From contig SFIR01000001.1 in NCBI GenBank assembly GCA_004556165.1, positions 286-64,285 on the forward strand: DNA of 64,000 nt, read 5' to 3'. Positions 47,845 through 57,797 of this stretch are shown here, in pieces. The position numbers and the translations under genes are program-made. Numbering within the stretch: position 1 is the stretch's first letter; each line of letters opens with the position of its first letter. The notes beneath the pieces are model-generated. The model saw only the letters and a program-made list of their open reading frames with translations. It searched no databases and was not told where the DNA came from. This stretch comes from Clostridiales bacterium. GTDB taxonomy: Bacteria; Bacillota; Clostridia; Christensenellales; CAG-138.

Positions 47845-48636
47845 TTACATCCTTCCCGTCAGGAAGTAGTATACGATAGCGGCGCATTCTCTGAGATAGT
47901 TATTGAGCATAAGGGGAGCAAATTCTTTCGCGCCAATGCCGGAAGCATTGACACAGACGCGCTCTGCGACTCTCTCGGAACGAAAAACATGGAAGTTTGA
48001 GGTAACGAATACGACCTTGGCTTCGTCTCCGAGCAGTTCCTTTATTATCTCATCGGAAAACAGGAAGTTTTCTTTGGTGCTGGTGCTTCTGTCCTCTTCG
48101 ATAATATCACATTCCGGTACACCCTTGCCGACAAGGTATTCTTTCATGACGGATGCCTCCGTGACGATCTCTTCGCCTTCCATTCCGCCGCTTACGATGA
48201 TAATGCAGCCCTCGCTGCAGCCGTCATAGACCTCCTTGGCCTTGTCAAGACGGTAAGCGAGCGAACGCGAAGGATTTTTACCGCGTATGCCTGCGCCGAG
48301 CACGATTATTGCGTCGGGCTCATCGCTCGGAAGGTCCCGAATACTTGTAGTGATAAGAATGGTAGTCACCGAAAAAAGCAGGAAAAATGCCGCATAACAG
48401 CCTATGAACAGCCATTTTATGATTTTGCCGAATGTGGTTTTATTCCAAAGAACATGTATCCGCTCATAGAGTATTCCGAGTATCAGCAGCGGAAGCCCTA
48501 TAACAAAAGGCATGATTATGCCGAAATTAAAGGAAGTAAAGGGCATGGTAAGGACAGCATCGAGGACAAAAAATCCGCCGACAAGTATCAGAATAATGCG
48601 CAGTATAATTCTCAAACACCTGTTATTTGCTGCCAT
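47845..48636 (-). CDS. YdcF/DUF218 (ElyC/SanA-like) membrane-anchored protein
   Basis: N-terminal TMs then AIIVLGAGIRGKNPS...IIVSGG...EASVMKEYL...STSTKENF. Overlaps the rng stop by 14 nt. Confidence 0.75.
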   Translation of the reverse strand: MAANNRCLRIILRIILILVGGFFVLDAVLTMPFTSFNFGIIMPFVIGLPLLILGILYERIHVLWNKTTFGKIIKWLFIGCYAAFFLLFSVTTILITTSIRDLPSDEPDAIIVLGAGIRGKNPSRSLAYRLDKAKEVYDGCSEGCIIIVSGGMEGEEIVTEASVMKEYLVGKGVPECDIIEEDRSTSTKENFLFSDEIIKELLGDEAKVVFVTSNFHVFRSERVAERVCVNASGIGAKEFAPLMLNNYLRECAAIVYYFLTGRM

Positions 48637-50134
48637 TGAAATTAAGCTCCTTTATTTCAAATTCCGAACGCGGAAGGAACACATCATTCCTGAAATTCAG
48701 CTCAATATCATCACCGATGCGTCCGCAGACCATATCAAGAGATACTATTTCCTTTATCCTTGCGAGGACGTCCGGGTATGCGGAGATAAGAAGCCTCTTG
48801 CTGCCGCCTGCGATGCGCATCATCAGCCTCCTTCTCGCGCGAAGCGCAACGGTATCGGGGGAGAGTATCGTTCCGCTGCCGCCGCAGCAGGGACATTCTT
48901 CGGAATATATACCGTCAAGGCTCGTGCCGGTTCTGCGTCTTGCGACCTCGACAAGCCCTAACTTTGTCATGCCGCAGACCTCGGGCTTGGCGGTGTCGGA
49001 AAGCATTTCCTCTCTGAGCACGGATACGATAAGATCACGGTCCTCCTGCTTCTCCATGTCAATAAAGTCAATAATGATGATTCCGCCGATATTGCGCAGC
49101 CTTATCTGATGAGCAATCTCAATGGCGGCTTCACGATTGGTTTCGAGTATGGTACTGCGGACGGATGATGTACCTACATTCTTGCCCGTGTTAACATCGA
49201 TGCTGTACAGCGCTTCGGTTCTGTCGAATACAAGATACGCTCCGCTTTTGAGCCATACCCTGCGTGACAATGCCTCTGAGAGCTGCTTGTTGAGGTTGTA
49301 ACGCTCAAGAAGATCATATTCGTTCTCTATAAGCTTAACCTTCTCGGCGAGATGCGGAGTGGATACTGAGAGCAGCTCGCGGATATAGTCATACTCCTGA
49401 CGGGAGTTAATAACGAGCTCTGAAACATCCGAACGCATGAGATCGCGCACGGAACGCGAAATCAGGCTTTCTTCACTCCAGATGAGCTTAGGAGCGCGGC
49501 AGATGCCGAGATCGCGCTCGATATCCCGCCAGCGTGAAACGATGCTGTCAAGGTCGGATAAAACGGATTCATCATCGATCTGCTCGGATTCGGAACGGGC
49601 GATTACGCCGAGATCATCGGGAATATGTTCGCGAAGCAGCTCCTTTATATGGCTTTTTCTTTCATCACCATGAAAACGCTTGCTGATGAAAACACCCGTG
49701 GTAGATGGAAGCAGTACCAGCGTATGCCCCGGAAGGGTCAGCTCCATCGTGGCTTTCGGGCCCTTATTATTGATAGGCTCCTTTGAAATCTGTACGGCAA
49801 TCTCCGACCCAACCTTTATATAGGGAGTGGGAACCTCTCCGCGGCGCAGCTGTTCGTGCCTGCCTCCGCCCTCGCGGCTGCGGTCGATTCGCATATCTCG
49901 ATAATGCAATATGGCATTTTTTCCTTCACCGATATCAACAAATGCGACTGACATACCGGGCAGAATGCTTTGAACGACTCCCCTGTAGATATTGCCGACG
50001 AGCCTTTTCTCGCTGCTGCATTCGACATGAACCTCGCTTGCTCTGCCGTTTTCAACGAGCACAACGGTCTTGCGGTATGGGTTTATATCGAATATTAGCT
50101 GCTTGTTCGAAGGGCTTTGCGTGTCAGCTTTCAT
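48623..50134 (-). CDS. rng: Rne/Rng-family ribonuclease (RNase G-like)
   Basis: S1 domain VGNIYRGVVQSILPGMSVAFVDIG. Catalytic region GGIIIIDFIDM. CPCCGGSG zinc link. Confidence 0.88.
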   Translation of the reverse strand: MKADTQSPSNKQLIFDINPYRKTVVLVENGRASEVHVECSSEKRLVGNIYRGVVQSILPGMSVAFVDIGEGKNAILHYRDMRIDRSREGGGRHEQLRRGEVPTPYIKVGSEIAVQISKEPINNKGPKATMELTLPGHTLVLLPSTTGVFISKRFHGDERKSHIKELLREHIPDDLGVIARSESEQIDDESVLSDLDSIVSRWRDIERDLGICRAPKLIWSEESLISRSVRDLMRSDVSELVINSRQEYDYIRELLSVSTPHLAEKVKLIENEYDLLERYNLNKQLSEALSRRVWLKSGAYLVFDRTEALYSIDVNTGKNVGTSSVRSTILETNREAAIEIAHQIRLRNIGGIIIIDFIDMEKQEDRDLIVSVLREEMLSDTAKPEVCGMTKLGLVEVARRRTGTSLDGIYSEECPCCGGSGTILSPDTVALRARRRLMMRIAGGSKRLLISAYPDVLARIKEIVSLDMVCGRIGDDIELNFRNDVFLPRSEFEIKELNFNGSK

Positions 50135-50803
50135 TTATTTTCCCTCCGACCAATCCATCTCGATTGTCCTTCTGTTGACGGTGGAAACGGCTGAGGCACT
50201 GACCTTTTCAGAGATTGCACCGAAAAGAAGCTCAAGCGGCAGGCCGCCCTCTGCGGTGAGCTTGCCCTTGATATAGAGAATTGCACTGCCTTCGGAGCAG
50301 TCAATAAGATTTACGGAAATGAGCAGCGGACGAATATCGACATCCTTCATTCCGCCCTTGGTCTTCTTTTCAACGATGATCTCGCCCGTAAGGAGGGAAG
50401 CAAGTGCGTTTTCGAGCTCATCGGAGGTGACTTCCCGATCAAAATCAAGCCTTGCAAAATAATCCGCGCTGCGCATGAGCGTAGTGAGAGAGGTTTTCAT
50501 CTCGCCTGCGTCCACGGCCTTTGTTACGGCAACGCCTTCGGGAAGTACGGCATTGACGCGGCTGCGGAATTCGTCCGCATCAATTTTTTCATCGAGAAAA
50601 ACATCGAAATACTCGCATTCGGAGGTATAACCGACGGAGAGGGCAGTTGCAAACGAGAGCAGGGGGTGGGGATTAAAGCCTTTGGAATAGGAGAGCGGAA
50701 GCCCTGCACGGCGGAAAGCGCGCTGAAAGAGCCGCTGCATATCCAAATGCGAAACAAAACGCACCTCATCATGTTTATAAAACGAAGCAATTATCCTCAT
50801 CAC
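50135..50803 (-). CDS. DUF2344 / TIGR03936-type radical-SAM-associated protein
   Basis: MRIIASFYKHDEVRFVSHLDMQRLFQRAFRRAGLPLSYSKGFNPHP. Its position between the B12-binding rSAM gene and rng is conserved in Firmicutes. Confidence 0.8.
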   Translation of the reverse strand: MMRIIASFYKHDEVRFVSHLDMQRLFQRAFRRAGLPLSYSKGFNPHPLLSFATALSVGYTSECEYFDVFLDEKIDADEFRSRVNAVLPEGVAVTKAVDAGEMKTSLTTLMRSADYFARLDFDREVTSDELENALASLLTGEIIVEKKTKGGMKDVDIRPLLISVNLIDCSEGSAILYIKGKLTAEGGLPLELLFGAISEKVSASAVSTVNRRTIEMDWSEGK

Positions 50804-52662
50804 TCGTTCACCTCCGCAGTGCCGTCACGGTGCACATCGCAGTATTCCCTGCATTTTGTGCCGAAGCAGCCGTTGCAGCCTTTTCGGCAGTCACGGGTCA
50901 CGATCTCGGCCTTTGCACGGTCGTGCTCACGCTCAAGGTAATCAAAGGATACAAGCGAATCCATATGCTGCCATGCGAGGGGCTCGCCATGCGCTATCCG
51001 TCTGTGTGCATACTGCTCGCAGCTCAGACCGTTCTCCTCAAAGGCTATGTCCCAAGCTTCTTTATTAAACTGTTCGTCCCAAGAATCGAATCTTGCGCCG
51101 TGGCGGAAAGCGGAGACAAGAACTCCGTTGAGCCTTCTGTCACCGCGTGCAAAGCAGGCTTCAAGCTTGCTCGTTTCAGAGAAATGGCAGTTGAATTCGA
51201 CACCCCTGATACCCTTGAGCGCGCTGCGCAGAAGCGCCTGACGGCGCAGAACCTCTTCCGTGGTTATCTGAGGCTCCCACTGGAAGGGGGTAAAAGGCTT
51301 AGGAACAAAGGTCGATGCCGATACCGTGCACCTGAGCCCCTTTCCGCGCATATCCTTGGGCATGGCGTAGAAGGTGCGGCTGACCTTTCGGGCAAGCTCC
51401 GCTATACCGAGGATATCCTCATCGGTCTCGGTCGGAAGTCCGATCATGAAATAGAGCTTAACGCCGTGCCAGCCGGAACGGAAGGCATCGTCCACAGCTC
51501 GGAGCAGGTCATCCTCGTTGACGCCTTTATTTATGACGTCGCGCAGCCTCTGCGTTCCCGCTTCGGGTGCAAAGGTGAGACCGGTCTTGCGTACCTGCTG
51601 CATCTTCTCAAGATCGTCCTTTATAAAGGAATCAATGCGCAGCGACGGCAGGGAAACGGATACGCGGTCCTTGCTGTAACGGTCAAGGATTTCCGGAACT
51701 ATCTCATGGATTTCGGAATAATCGCCGCTTGAAAGCGAAAAGAGGGATATTTCATCGTAGCCGGTGCAGGAAAGCTGCTTATCGGCATAGTCGAGCAGCG
51801 TTTCCATTCTGCGCTCGCGAATGGGACGATAGATAAATCCTGCCTGACAGAAGCGGCAGCCGCGGGTGCAGCCGCGGAAGAGCTCAAGAGCTATGCGGTC
51901 ATGCACGATATTCATGTACGGCACGATAAGATCGCCGGTGAATTCGGCTTTATCGAGATCACGGACTATTCGGCGAGTAACGGCGTCGGGAGCTGCCTCT
52001 TCGAGCTTGATGAGCCTTGAGAATTCTCCGTTTTCGTACTCGGCACGATAGAAGCTCGGCACATAGATTCCCTTGATCTTTGAAAGCTCTATAAGCATTT
52101 CGTGACGGCTGAGTCCTTTGTGCATGCAGGTAGCATAGCAGTCCATAAAGTCATTCATCAGCTCTTCGCCGTCGCCGAAGAAGAATACATCGACGATCTC
52201 AGCAAGGGGTTCGCTGTTGCAGACGCAGGGACCTCCGGCAACTATGAGGGGATATTTATCGCCTCGCTCCGCGGTTGTAAGGGGAATGCCGGAAAGCTCA
52301 AGCATATTGAGAAGATTGGTATAGCACATCTCGTACAGCAAGGAGAAGCCGATAATATCGAATTCATCGAGCGGAGTTTTCGTTTCGATGGAAAACAGTT
52401 TCTCGTTCTCTTCCCTCAAAAGCTTTTCCATATCCACCCAAGGAGCAAACGCGCGCTCACAGAAGGTGTCGCTTCGGTTGTTGAGAACGTTGTAGACGAT
52501 TCGCGAACCGAGATGGCTCATGCCTATCTCATAGATGTCGGGGAAGCAGAGCGCGAAGCGGAATTCAAATTCATCCTTCATTCGCATGTTCAGCTCGCCA
52601 CCCATATAGCGCGTAGGCTTTTCCGTGCGCGCTATGAGTGAATTCAGTTTTTCTTTATTCAA
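50800..52662 (-). CDS. B12-binding-domain radical SAM protein (TIGR03960-type)
   Basis: CTRGCRFCQAG is the CX3CX2C motif. N-terminal B12-binding-like region. 620 aa. ATGA-type overlap with the downstream partner. Confidence 0.85.
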   Translation of the reverse strand: MNKEKLNSLIARTEKPTRYMGGELNMRMKDEFEFRFALCFPDIYEIGMSHLGSRIVYNVLNNRSDTFCERAFAPWVDMEKLLREENEKLFSIETKTPLDEFDIIGFSLLYEMCYTNLLNMLELSGIPLTTAERGDKYPLIVAGGPCVCNSEPLAEIVDVFFFGDGEELMNDFMDCYATCMHKGLSRHEMLIELSKIKGIYVPSFYRAEYENGEFSRLIKLEEAAPDAVTRRIVRDLDKAEFTGDLIVPYMNIVHDRIALELFRGCTRGCRFCQAGFIYRPIRERRMETLLDYADKQLSCTGYDEISLFSLSSGDYSEIHEIVPEILDRYSKDRVSVSLPSLRIDSFIKDDLEKMQQVRKTGLTFAPEAGTQRLRDVINKGVNEDDLLRAVDDAFRSGWHGVKLYFMIGLPTETDEDILGIAELARKVSRTFYAMPKDMRGKGLRCTVSASTFVPKPFTPFQWEPQITTEEVLRRQALLRSALKGIRGVEFNCHFSETSKLEACFARGDRRLNGVLVSAFRHGARFDSWDEQFNKEAWDIAFEENGLSCEQYAHRRIAHGEPLAWQHMDSLVSFDYLEREHDRAKAEIVTRDCRKGCNGCFGTKCREYCDVHRDGTAEVNE

Positions 52663-52950
52663 AATTTCCTCCGCTGCAGAGACTCTTAGGTGGACTCTGC
52701 CGAAAAATTATTTATCATATTATGTGGAGATGTATAATTACCCAAATACATTATAACGCGGAAGTGCATTTCTTGCAAGCACGGCAAAATCTTCCGCCGA
52801 TGGCACTCGCTGTATAAATTAGGAAGTTTTAGGAAATTCAGGCAGAAACCGTAAATTGAATTCTAAGCATCATGCGTGAATTTTTAGTGCAATGCCTGCG
52901 GATAATAATCACGAGCTGATTATTGCTCAAAAATCACAGGAGGCAGAACG

Positions 52951-53241
52951 ATGCAGAATAACAACAATCAATCGGGCAGAGAATGGGATAGCTTTTTCCG
53001 TACCTCTGCACAGAAGATGAACACGGAAGTCGGCAGCATGGGCAATTCCTCGACTATCGACTCCAAGGATCTCTCAATCATCGAGGATCAGATGTACAAG
53101 GAGGCGCTGCTCTATAAAAAGTGCGCGACCTACGCCGGGTATTTCAACGACCAGAATCTGAAGACAATGGCGAATACCGCAGCGGAACATCACAAAAAAC
53201 ATTTTGAGACACTGCATGGCTATCTCAGCGCAAGCAAGTAA
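52951..53241 (+). CDS. Coat-F-like (ferritin-like) putative spore coat protein
   Basis: LSIIEDQMYKEALLYKKCATYAGYFNDQNLKTMANTAAEHHKKHFETLHGYL resembles Coat F helices. Paired with the next gene. AGGAGG RBS. Confidence 0.45.
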   Translation: MQNNNNQSGREWDSFFRTSAQKMNTEVGSMGNSSTIDSKDLSIIEDQMYKEALLYKKCATYAGYFNDQNLKTMANTAAEHHKKHFETLHGYLSASK

Positions 53242-53256
53242 TGGAGGGAAAAGAAA

Positions 53257-53532
53257 ATGCATAATGCTTCAATGAGCGAACAGGAACTTTTAACGGATCT
53301 TCTCAACTCGGAAAAATCCCTCGTCAAGGATTACATCGGCAACTACACCGAAACGGCATGCCCGAAGCTCAGGACTCTTCTTCTTAACTGCATGACAGAA
53401 TGCTCCGAAGATCAGTTCTCAGTCTTTGAACAGATGCAGCAGCGCAATATGTATAAGACGAAGAAGGCGCAGCCGCAGGATGTCGAGACAGCTAAGCAGG
53501 ATATGTCTAAGCTCGAACAGCAGACCTGGTAA
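53257..53532 (+). CDS. Spore coat protein F (Coat_F domain)
   Basis: EQELLTDLLNSEKSLVKDYIGNYTETACPKLRTLLLNCMTECSEDQFSVFEQMQQRNMY. Confidence 0.75.
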   Translation: MHNASMSEQELLTDLLNSEKSLVKDYIGNYTETACPKLRTLLLNCMTECSEDQFSVFEQMQQRNMYKTKKAQPQDVETAKQDMSKLEQQTW

Positions 53533-53554
53533 AGAACGAAAACTCAGCTTAAAC

Positions 53555-53596
53555 CAAAAAACAATGCTTCGCATGGTTCTGCGGAGCATTGTTTTG
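53555..53596. terminator. Bidirectional terminator between the coat genes and the convergent operon
   Basis: aaaaaa-acaatgcttcgc-atggttct-gcggagcattgt-tttg (12-bp stem with one G-U pair). Confidence 0.75.
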
Positions 53597-53614
53597 ATAT
53601 TGCAGGCTCTGTCA

Positions 53615-54310
53615 TCAGAAAAACAGTTTCTTCTTCAGTGCTTCCTTGATGGGCTTGCATATTGATATAATGATAAATCCCATGCCGATGATGAAGCAGC
53701 CGATGAGTGGGAACAGTGACCAATGAAAGCTCGAACGGACATCGAAGGCCGATGAAATAAGGTATTCGAGCAGTACGGTATAAAAGCCGTTTGCTATCAA
53801 TACGCCTCCGCAGACATACAGATAGCCGTGGTGGAGGTATTTGAATAATGTCACTGCGGCACTTGCTATCAAAGCAAGCACGCCGACCGCCGGCAGAGCA
53901 AAGCTCAGGAACCAGCCGCCCTTCGTCACATAGTTGATGTAGCAAAGATATGCAAGTATCGCCGCAAAATCGCAGGGAACGAATATTACGGGATTGGGCT
54001 TGCGGAACCACATGGGAAGAGCAACGAGCACATAAAAGAGTGCAACCCCGTAGACGGCATACCCTGCCCAGCCCTTTGTCCACGGGATGCTCAGCTCGCA
54101 TATGAGAAGCTGAGTTATCAGCGCGCAGAAAAGTATCGTAACGATGAGCATGATGCCTCGCTTGCTCATTCTGCTGTCCTTCGCTGTGAATTCGGGATAG
54201 GGCGCGCTTGTTACGACCCTTTCAATTTCGGGGTTATAGACCTTTGTTCCGCAGAGCGGACAGCGTTCCTCGCTGTCTGCAAGCTCCACGCCGCATTTGA
54301 CACAGAACAT
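53615..54310 (-). CDS. Zinc-ribbon membrane protein (N-terminal CxxC...CxxC + ~5 TMs)
   Basis: MFCVKCGVELADSEERCPLCGTKV followed by multiple hydrophobic spans. The RBS AAAGGAG overlaps the upstream stop codon. Confidence 0.65.
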   Translation of the reverse strand: MFCVKCGVELADSEERCPLCGTKVYNPEIERVVTSAPYPEFTAKDSRMSKRGIMLIVTILFCALITQLLICELSIPWTKGWAGYAVYGVALFYVLVALPMWFRKPNPVIFVPCDFAAILAYLCYINYVTKGGWFLSFALPAVGVLALIASAAVTLFKYLHHGYLYVCGGVLIANGFYTVLLEYLISSAFDVRSSFHWSLFPLIGCFIIGMGFIIISICKPIKEALKKKLFF

Positions 54311-54313
54311 TTT

Positions 54314-56506
54314 TTAGCTCCTTTCTTCGCCCGAATCCCTGCGCTGATTGCTTTCGACCAGCACTTTGAGCCCGAGCTCATGCAGTACACGATAGAAGTT
54401 TAATTCCAAACAGGATTCCTTGGTATTTCTGATAAAATTCATATAAAGAGTGCCGTTATATGAAAGTATGCCGCAGTTATGGGGCTTCGAGGCCTGAGGC
54501 CCGAGTACGAAATCGAATCTTGCCACATAGGGCTTCATGACATCCGGCAGGTCGATATTGCCGAGGTTCGATACATTCAGGCATCCGGTTCGCTCGCCGA
54601 CGCTGTCATAAACGGTTTTCATGACAAGATTCTTGAGGAACAGGGGAGTGAGCCGCAGGAACGGGGATTTTTCGGCATTGACATTGGGCGTGAATTTAGC
54701 ACGCATATTCTTTGCGGTTGCCTGAAGTCCCAGCTCATGCTTGACTATCGAACAGATTTCATCGAATTCGTAATCGCCCATTCTGGGGTTGATCTCGGGC
54801 ATGACGACATGCACGAAATTTCTAAGGGTCTTGCTCGGGAACAGCGTTCGCAGATTGACGGGAATGACAACGCGGATGGGTTTCTGCTTGCGCTTGTCGG
54901 GTATCTGTTCGTTCTGGAGCTTCTGAAGAGCAAGAAGCATGGCGGAAGCAAGGAACACCGTCACGGTGGCATTATGCTCTTTAGCGCATATACGCACGGA
55001 AGAAGTGTCGATCATCATAGTAGTCAGATGCCTGAAATCGTCCTCTTCGCGTGTGGAACGGATATTGTAGACCGTACCGTGGTCGCGCGGACCGCTGACC
55101 GTTCCGCTGTATTTACAGAAGCTATCCTCCAGCTCTTCTTCATGAGGTTCTTCAAGCCTGTCAAGAATACCGCATTCATTCGGGACTGAGATACCGTATG
55201 CTTGCTCGATGTATTCGGCGAGCAGAGTTTTAAGAAAGACCATACCGCCGTTGCCGTCCGTGAGAGCATGATAGAATTCAACGGCAATACGGTTTTTGTA
55301 AACTATCACCCGCAGTGCGGATTCATTTATCGCTTCAAACGGCGCATGTGCAAGCGGCCAAGGTTCCTCTTCGGTGATTTCGGGCGCCGAGCGCAGCTCT
55401 TCAAGATAGTACCAGAACAGCCCCTTGCACAGCCTTACGGCTATCGAAGGGAAGCGCCTTGCCGTGACGTCGAGTGCGCTTCGCAGCACTGCCGTATCAA
55501 CGGGTTCGCTGAGCGTTGCCGAAAGCCTGAAAAAGTTATTCCATCTGCGCCGCCTTGCCGCAGGGTATATCTTTGCGGCGTTATCAAGCCTCATCCAGCG
55601 CAGCTTGCGCTCGTGGCTGAGGTAACGGTTCAGAAAGTTATCTATTCGGTCAAAATCGCCGGCACGCTCCTTGATGCAGAATAGGATATAGGCATGCCAC
55701 ATGCGCTCGGCAACTATGAGCTCACTTATGCACCCGGAAGTCAGAAGCTTTTTGTGCAGATTTCTCGCATCGTCAAGCAGTATCTCGTCGCTTCCTGCAA
55801 ATATCAGCGAGGGAGGAAATCCGTAAAAATCTCCGAAGATGGGGGAGATAAGGGGGTCATCGAGAGAATAATTCTTGCCGGTATAGCATTCCGCGTAGAA
55901 ATCGAGTGCGGTTTTGGTGAGCGAAGGATCAATATCCTTATTTGAAATATAGGTCTTGCTTTCGTTGTGAAGATCCATCCATGGTGAACATGCAACGATG
56001 CAGGCAGGGAGGGGTATACGCAGCTGTCTCAGCTTCAGGCAAAGGGCATAGCAAAGCCCACCGCCGGCACTTTCTCCGGCAAGCACAATCTGTCCGGGGA
56101 GATACCCGGAGGTGAGCAAAAGCCTGTATGCTTCGAGTGCGTCGTCGAGCGCGGCAGGGAAGGGATGCTCGGGCGCGAGCCTGTACGCAACGCATAGCAC
56201 CTTTATGCCGCATTCTACCGACAGTACTGAACCGAAGCCCTTGGCATACTCAAGATCGCCGCAGGTATAGCCTCCGCCGTGCAGATATAGAATGACTCCT
56301 TTTTTCAGTTCGTCGTGAGGATGTATCCATGCCGCATCCGAATGGGAAAGCTTGATGTCGTGAATATCACCGCATTTGCGCATGGTCTTAGCGAGCACCA
56401 TGCCCCAGATATCCTGCCCCTTACGGCATGCTTCAAGCGAAGCGTTCTCTGTAAGCGGCTTAAGCCTTTCCATATGTTTGCGCACAAATTTTTCGGATAA
56501 TTCCAT
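54314..56506 (-). CDS. Fusion protein: family-IV (HSL-type) alpha/beta esterase + C-terminal HxxxD acyltransferase (condensation/WS-DGAT/PapA5-like) domain
   Basis: Start set at ATG 56506 (MELSEKF...). Oxyanion LYLHGGGY, nucleophile GESAGGG, GSDEIL, WHAY. The C-terminal ~430 aa carry EFYHALTDGNGG (HxxxDG). Confidence 0.7.
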   Translation of the reverse strand: MELSEKFVRKHMERLKPLTENASLEACRKGQDIWGMVLAKTMRKCGDIHDIKLSHSDAAWIHPHDELKKGVILYLHGGGYTCGDLEYAKGFGSVLSVECGIKVLCVAYRLAPEHPFPAALDDALEAYRLLLTSGYLPGQIVLAGESAGGGLCYALCLKLRQLRIPLPACIVACSPWMDLHNESKTYISNKDIDPSLTKTALDFYAECYTGKNYSLDDPLISPIFGDFYGFPPSLIFAGSDEILLDDARNLHKKLLTSGCISELIVAERMWHAYILFCIKERAGDFDRIDNFLNRYLSHERKLRWMRLDNAAKIYPAARRRRWNNFFRLSATLSEPVDTAVLRSALDVTARRFPSIAVRLCKGLFWYYLEELRSAPEITEEEPWPLAHAPFEAINESALRVIVYKNRIAVEFYHALTDGNGGMVFLKTLLAEYIEQAYGISVPNECGILDRLEEPHEEELEDSFCKYSGTVSGPRDHGTVYNIRSTREEDDFRHLTTMMIDTSSVRICAKEHNATVTVFLASAMLLALQKLQNEQIPDKRKQKPIRVVIPVNLRTLFPSKTLRNFVHVVMPEINPRMGDYEFDEICSIVKHELGLQATAKNMRAKFTPNVNAEKSPFLRLTPLFLKNLVMKTVYDSVGERTGCLNVSNLGNIDLPDVMKPYVARFDFVLGPQASKPHNCGILSYNGTLYMNFIRNTKESCLELNFYRVLHELGLKVLVESNQRRDSGEERS

Positions 56507-56598
56507 ATTTCCCGTCCTGTGCCGAAAGTACTTATAATAGTCTAACACAATTCCGCCGTTTATTCAATCGGACAAAAACCAAGTTATTGGCAAAAACT

Positions 56599-56635
56599 GT
56601 TGAAGTGCAACCTTTGATTTGATTGACGCTTCAAC
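56599..56635. repeat. Palindromic intergenic element, copy 2
   Basis: gttgaagtg-caacctttgatttgattga-cgcttcaac. It shares TGTTGAAGTG...ACCT..GAT..TGAC(a/g)CTTCAACACC with copy 1 at 30511-30546. Confidence 0.7.
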
Positions 56636-56660
56636 ACCTTTTGACCGCAAAAAAACGGGT

Positions 56661-56695
56661 TACCTATTGACTACCGAACGATAGGTAGTTATAAT
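56661..56695 (+). promoter_or_regulatory. Promoter of the TetR-family gene with an overlapping inverted repeat (candidate operator)
   Basis: TTGACT (56667-56672), 17 nt, TATAAT (56690-56695). Inverted repeat TACCTAT (56661-56667), N13, ATAGGTA (56681-56687). Nested ACTACC-N8-GGTAGT. Confidence 0.5.
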
Positions 56696-56742
56696 AGAGC
56701 CGTACGAGCGAGACGTTTCGGTTAGTGTAAAGGAGTATATTT

Positions 56743-57360
56743 ATGGAGCGAGGAAACACAAAGCAGGAAATCCTGGAGGCATCACTTGATTTGTTCTCCG
56801 TACAGGGATTCGAAGCCACCTCAATCTCCCAGATCGCGAACGCAGTGGGCATTCGGAAGGCATCTCTTTACAGTCATTTTGAGAACAAGCAGGCGATTCT
56901 GGATGCGCTTGTGAAGGATGTTCTGGATCAGTATGCGGAGCATTCCATCTTTGAAAAGACGGATTGGGATGAATACGATAATTCAGAGGATAAACCGGCA
57001 TTAACTCCCGATGCTGCGGCCCAAATGATTCTGGGGCAGATTCGCTACATCCTCCATGACCCACATATCAGCAAGGCGCGAAAAATGCTGGCGATGGAGC
57101 AATTCCGGAACGCGGAGCTGGCGAAGCTGCAAACCAAGCAGAATTATGCCGATGTGATGCGGTACTTCACAGGGCTCGTGAAACACCTGATTCGGAACGG
57201 CATTTTGACGGATGATGATCCCGAGATCATGGCGGCACAGCTATGTCTGCCCATTTCCACATGGATCAACCTTTGTGACAGAGAACCGGACCGGGAGCAG
57301 GAGGTCATGGAAGTGGTAAGCCGGCATATTCAGCAGTTTTTCAGGGTCTATCAGAAGTGA
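56743..57360 (+). CDS. TetR/AcrR-family transcriptional regulator
   Basis: N-terminal HTH KQEILEASLDLFSVQGFEATSISQIANAVGIRKASLYSHFENK. Confidence 0.9.
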   Translation: MERGNTKQEILEASLDLFSVQGFEATSISQIANAVGIRKASLYSHFENKQAILDALVKDVLDQYAEHSIFEKTDWDEYDNSEDKPALTPDAAAQMILGQIRYILHDPHISKARKMLAMEQFRNAELAKLQTKQNYADVMRYFTGLVKHLIRNGILTDDDPEIMAAQLCLPISTWINLCDREPDREQEVMEVVSRHIQQFFRVYQK

Positions 57361-57423
57361 GATCCTTTCCGTTACTTCGAGTTCTTCCTGACTGACATAC
57401 AAAATTCTTTGACGGAGGCAGCT

Positions 57424-57770
57424 ATGGACAGCCTTGTAGATGAAAGAGACCTGAAAATATTGGAGAATGACAGATATACATTTTTGCGCTTCGCTATGTG
57501 ATAGGCGGAAGGTGTAAACTGCTTCTGGCCGACCATGAAAGGCTGATTCTCTGCTTTACGGATCATCCCCATCCGGTATGGATCCGGACGCAGGACGATG
57601 CATCGTAAGCGGAAATGGAGAAGGCATATCAGATCGCATCGGAACATTCCTTGTTGAACGGCGAACATCGCTTCATTCTCAAGTATGCGCCGGCGCAGTA
57701 TTTCATGGAACGGGCGCGCCGGATGGGTAGACTTCCCGGGAAAATGAAGGGGAATACAGATAAACAAATC
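57424..57770 (+). pseudogene. Decayed gene of unknown family (one frameshift near 57499-57504 and one in-frame TAA at 57606-57608)
   Basis: GGAGG plus ATG 57424 gives MDSLVDERDLKILENDRYTFLRFAM*. The reading continues in another frame as ...GRCKLLLADHERLILCFTDHPHPVWIRTQDDAS*AEMEKAYQIASEHSLLNGEHRFILKYAPAQYFMERARRMG. The 3' end is uncertain because the frame runs into the next gene. Confidence 0.55.
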
Positions 57771-57797
57771 GGAGGTTTAGAAAAGGATATGCGTACG

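Noticed and set aside
57372-57767. 131-aa minus-strand ORF
   Set aside because: It overlaps the plus-strand decayed gene, which has a clear RBS and start and protein-like fragments. The minus-strand translation has no recognisable features.
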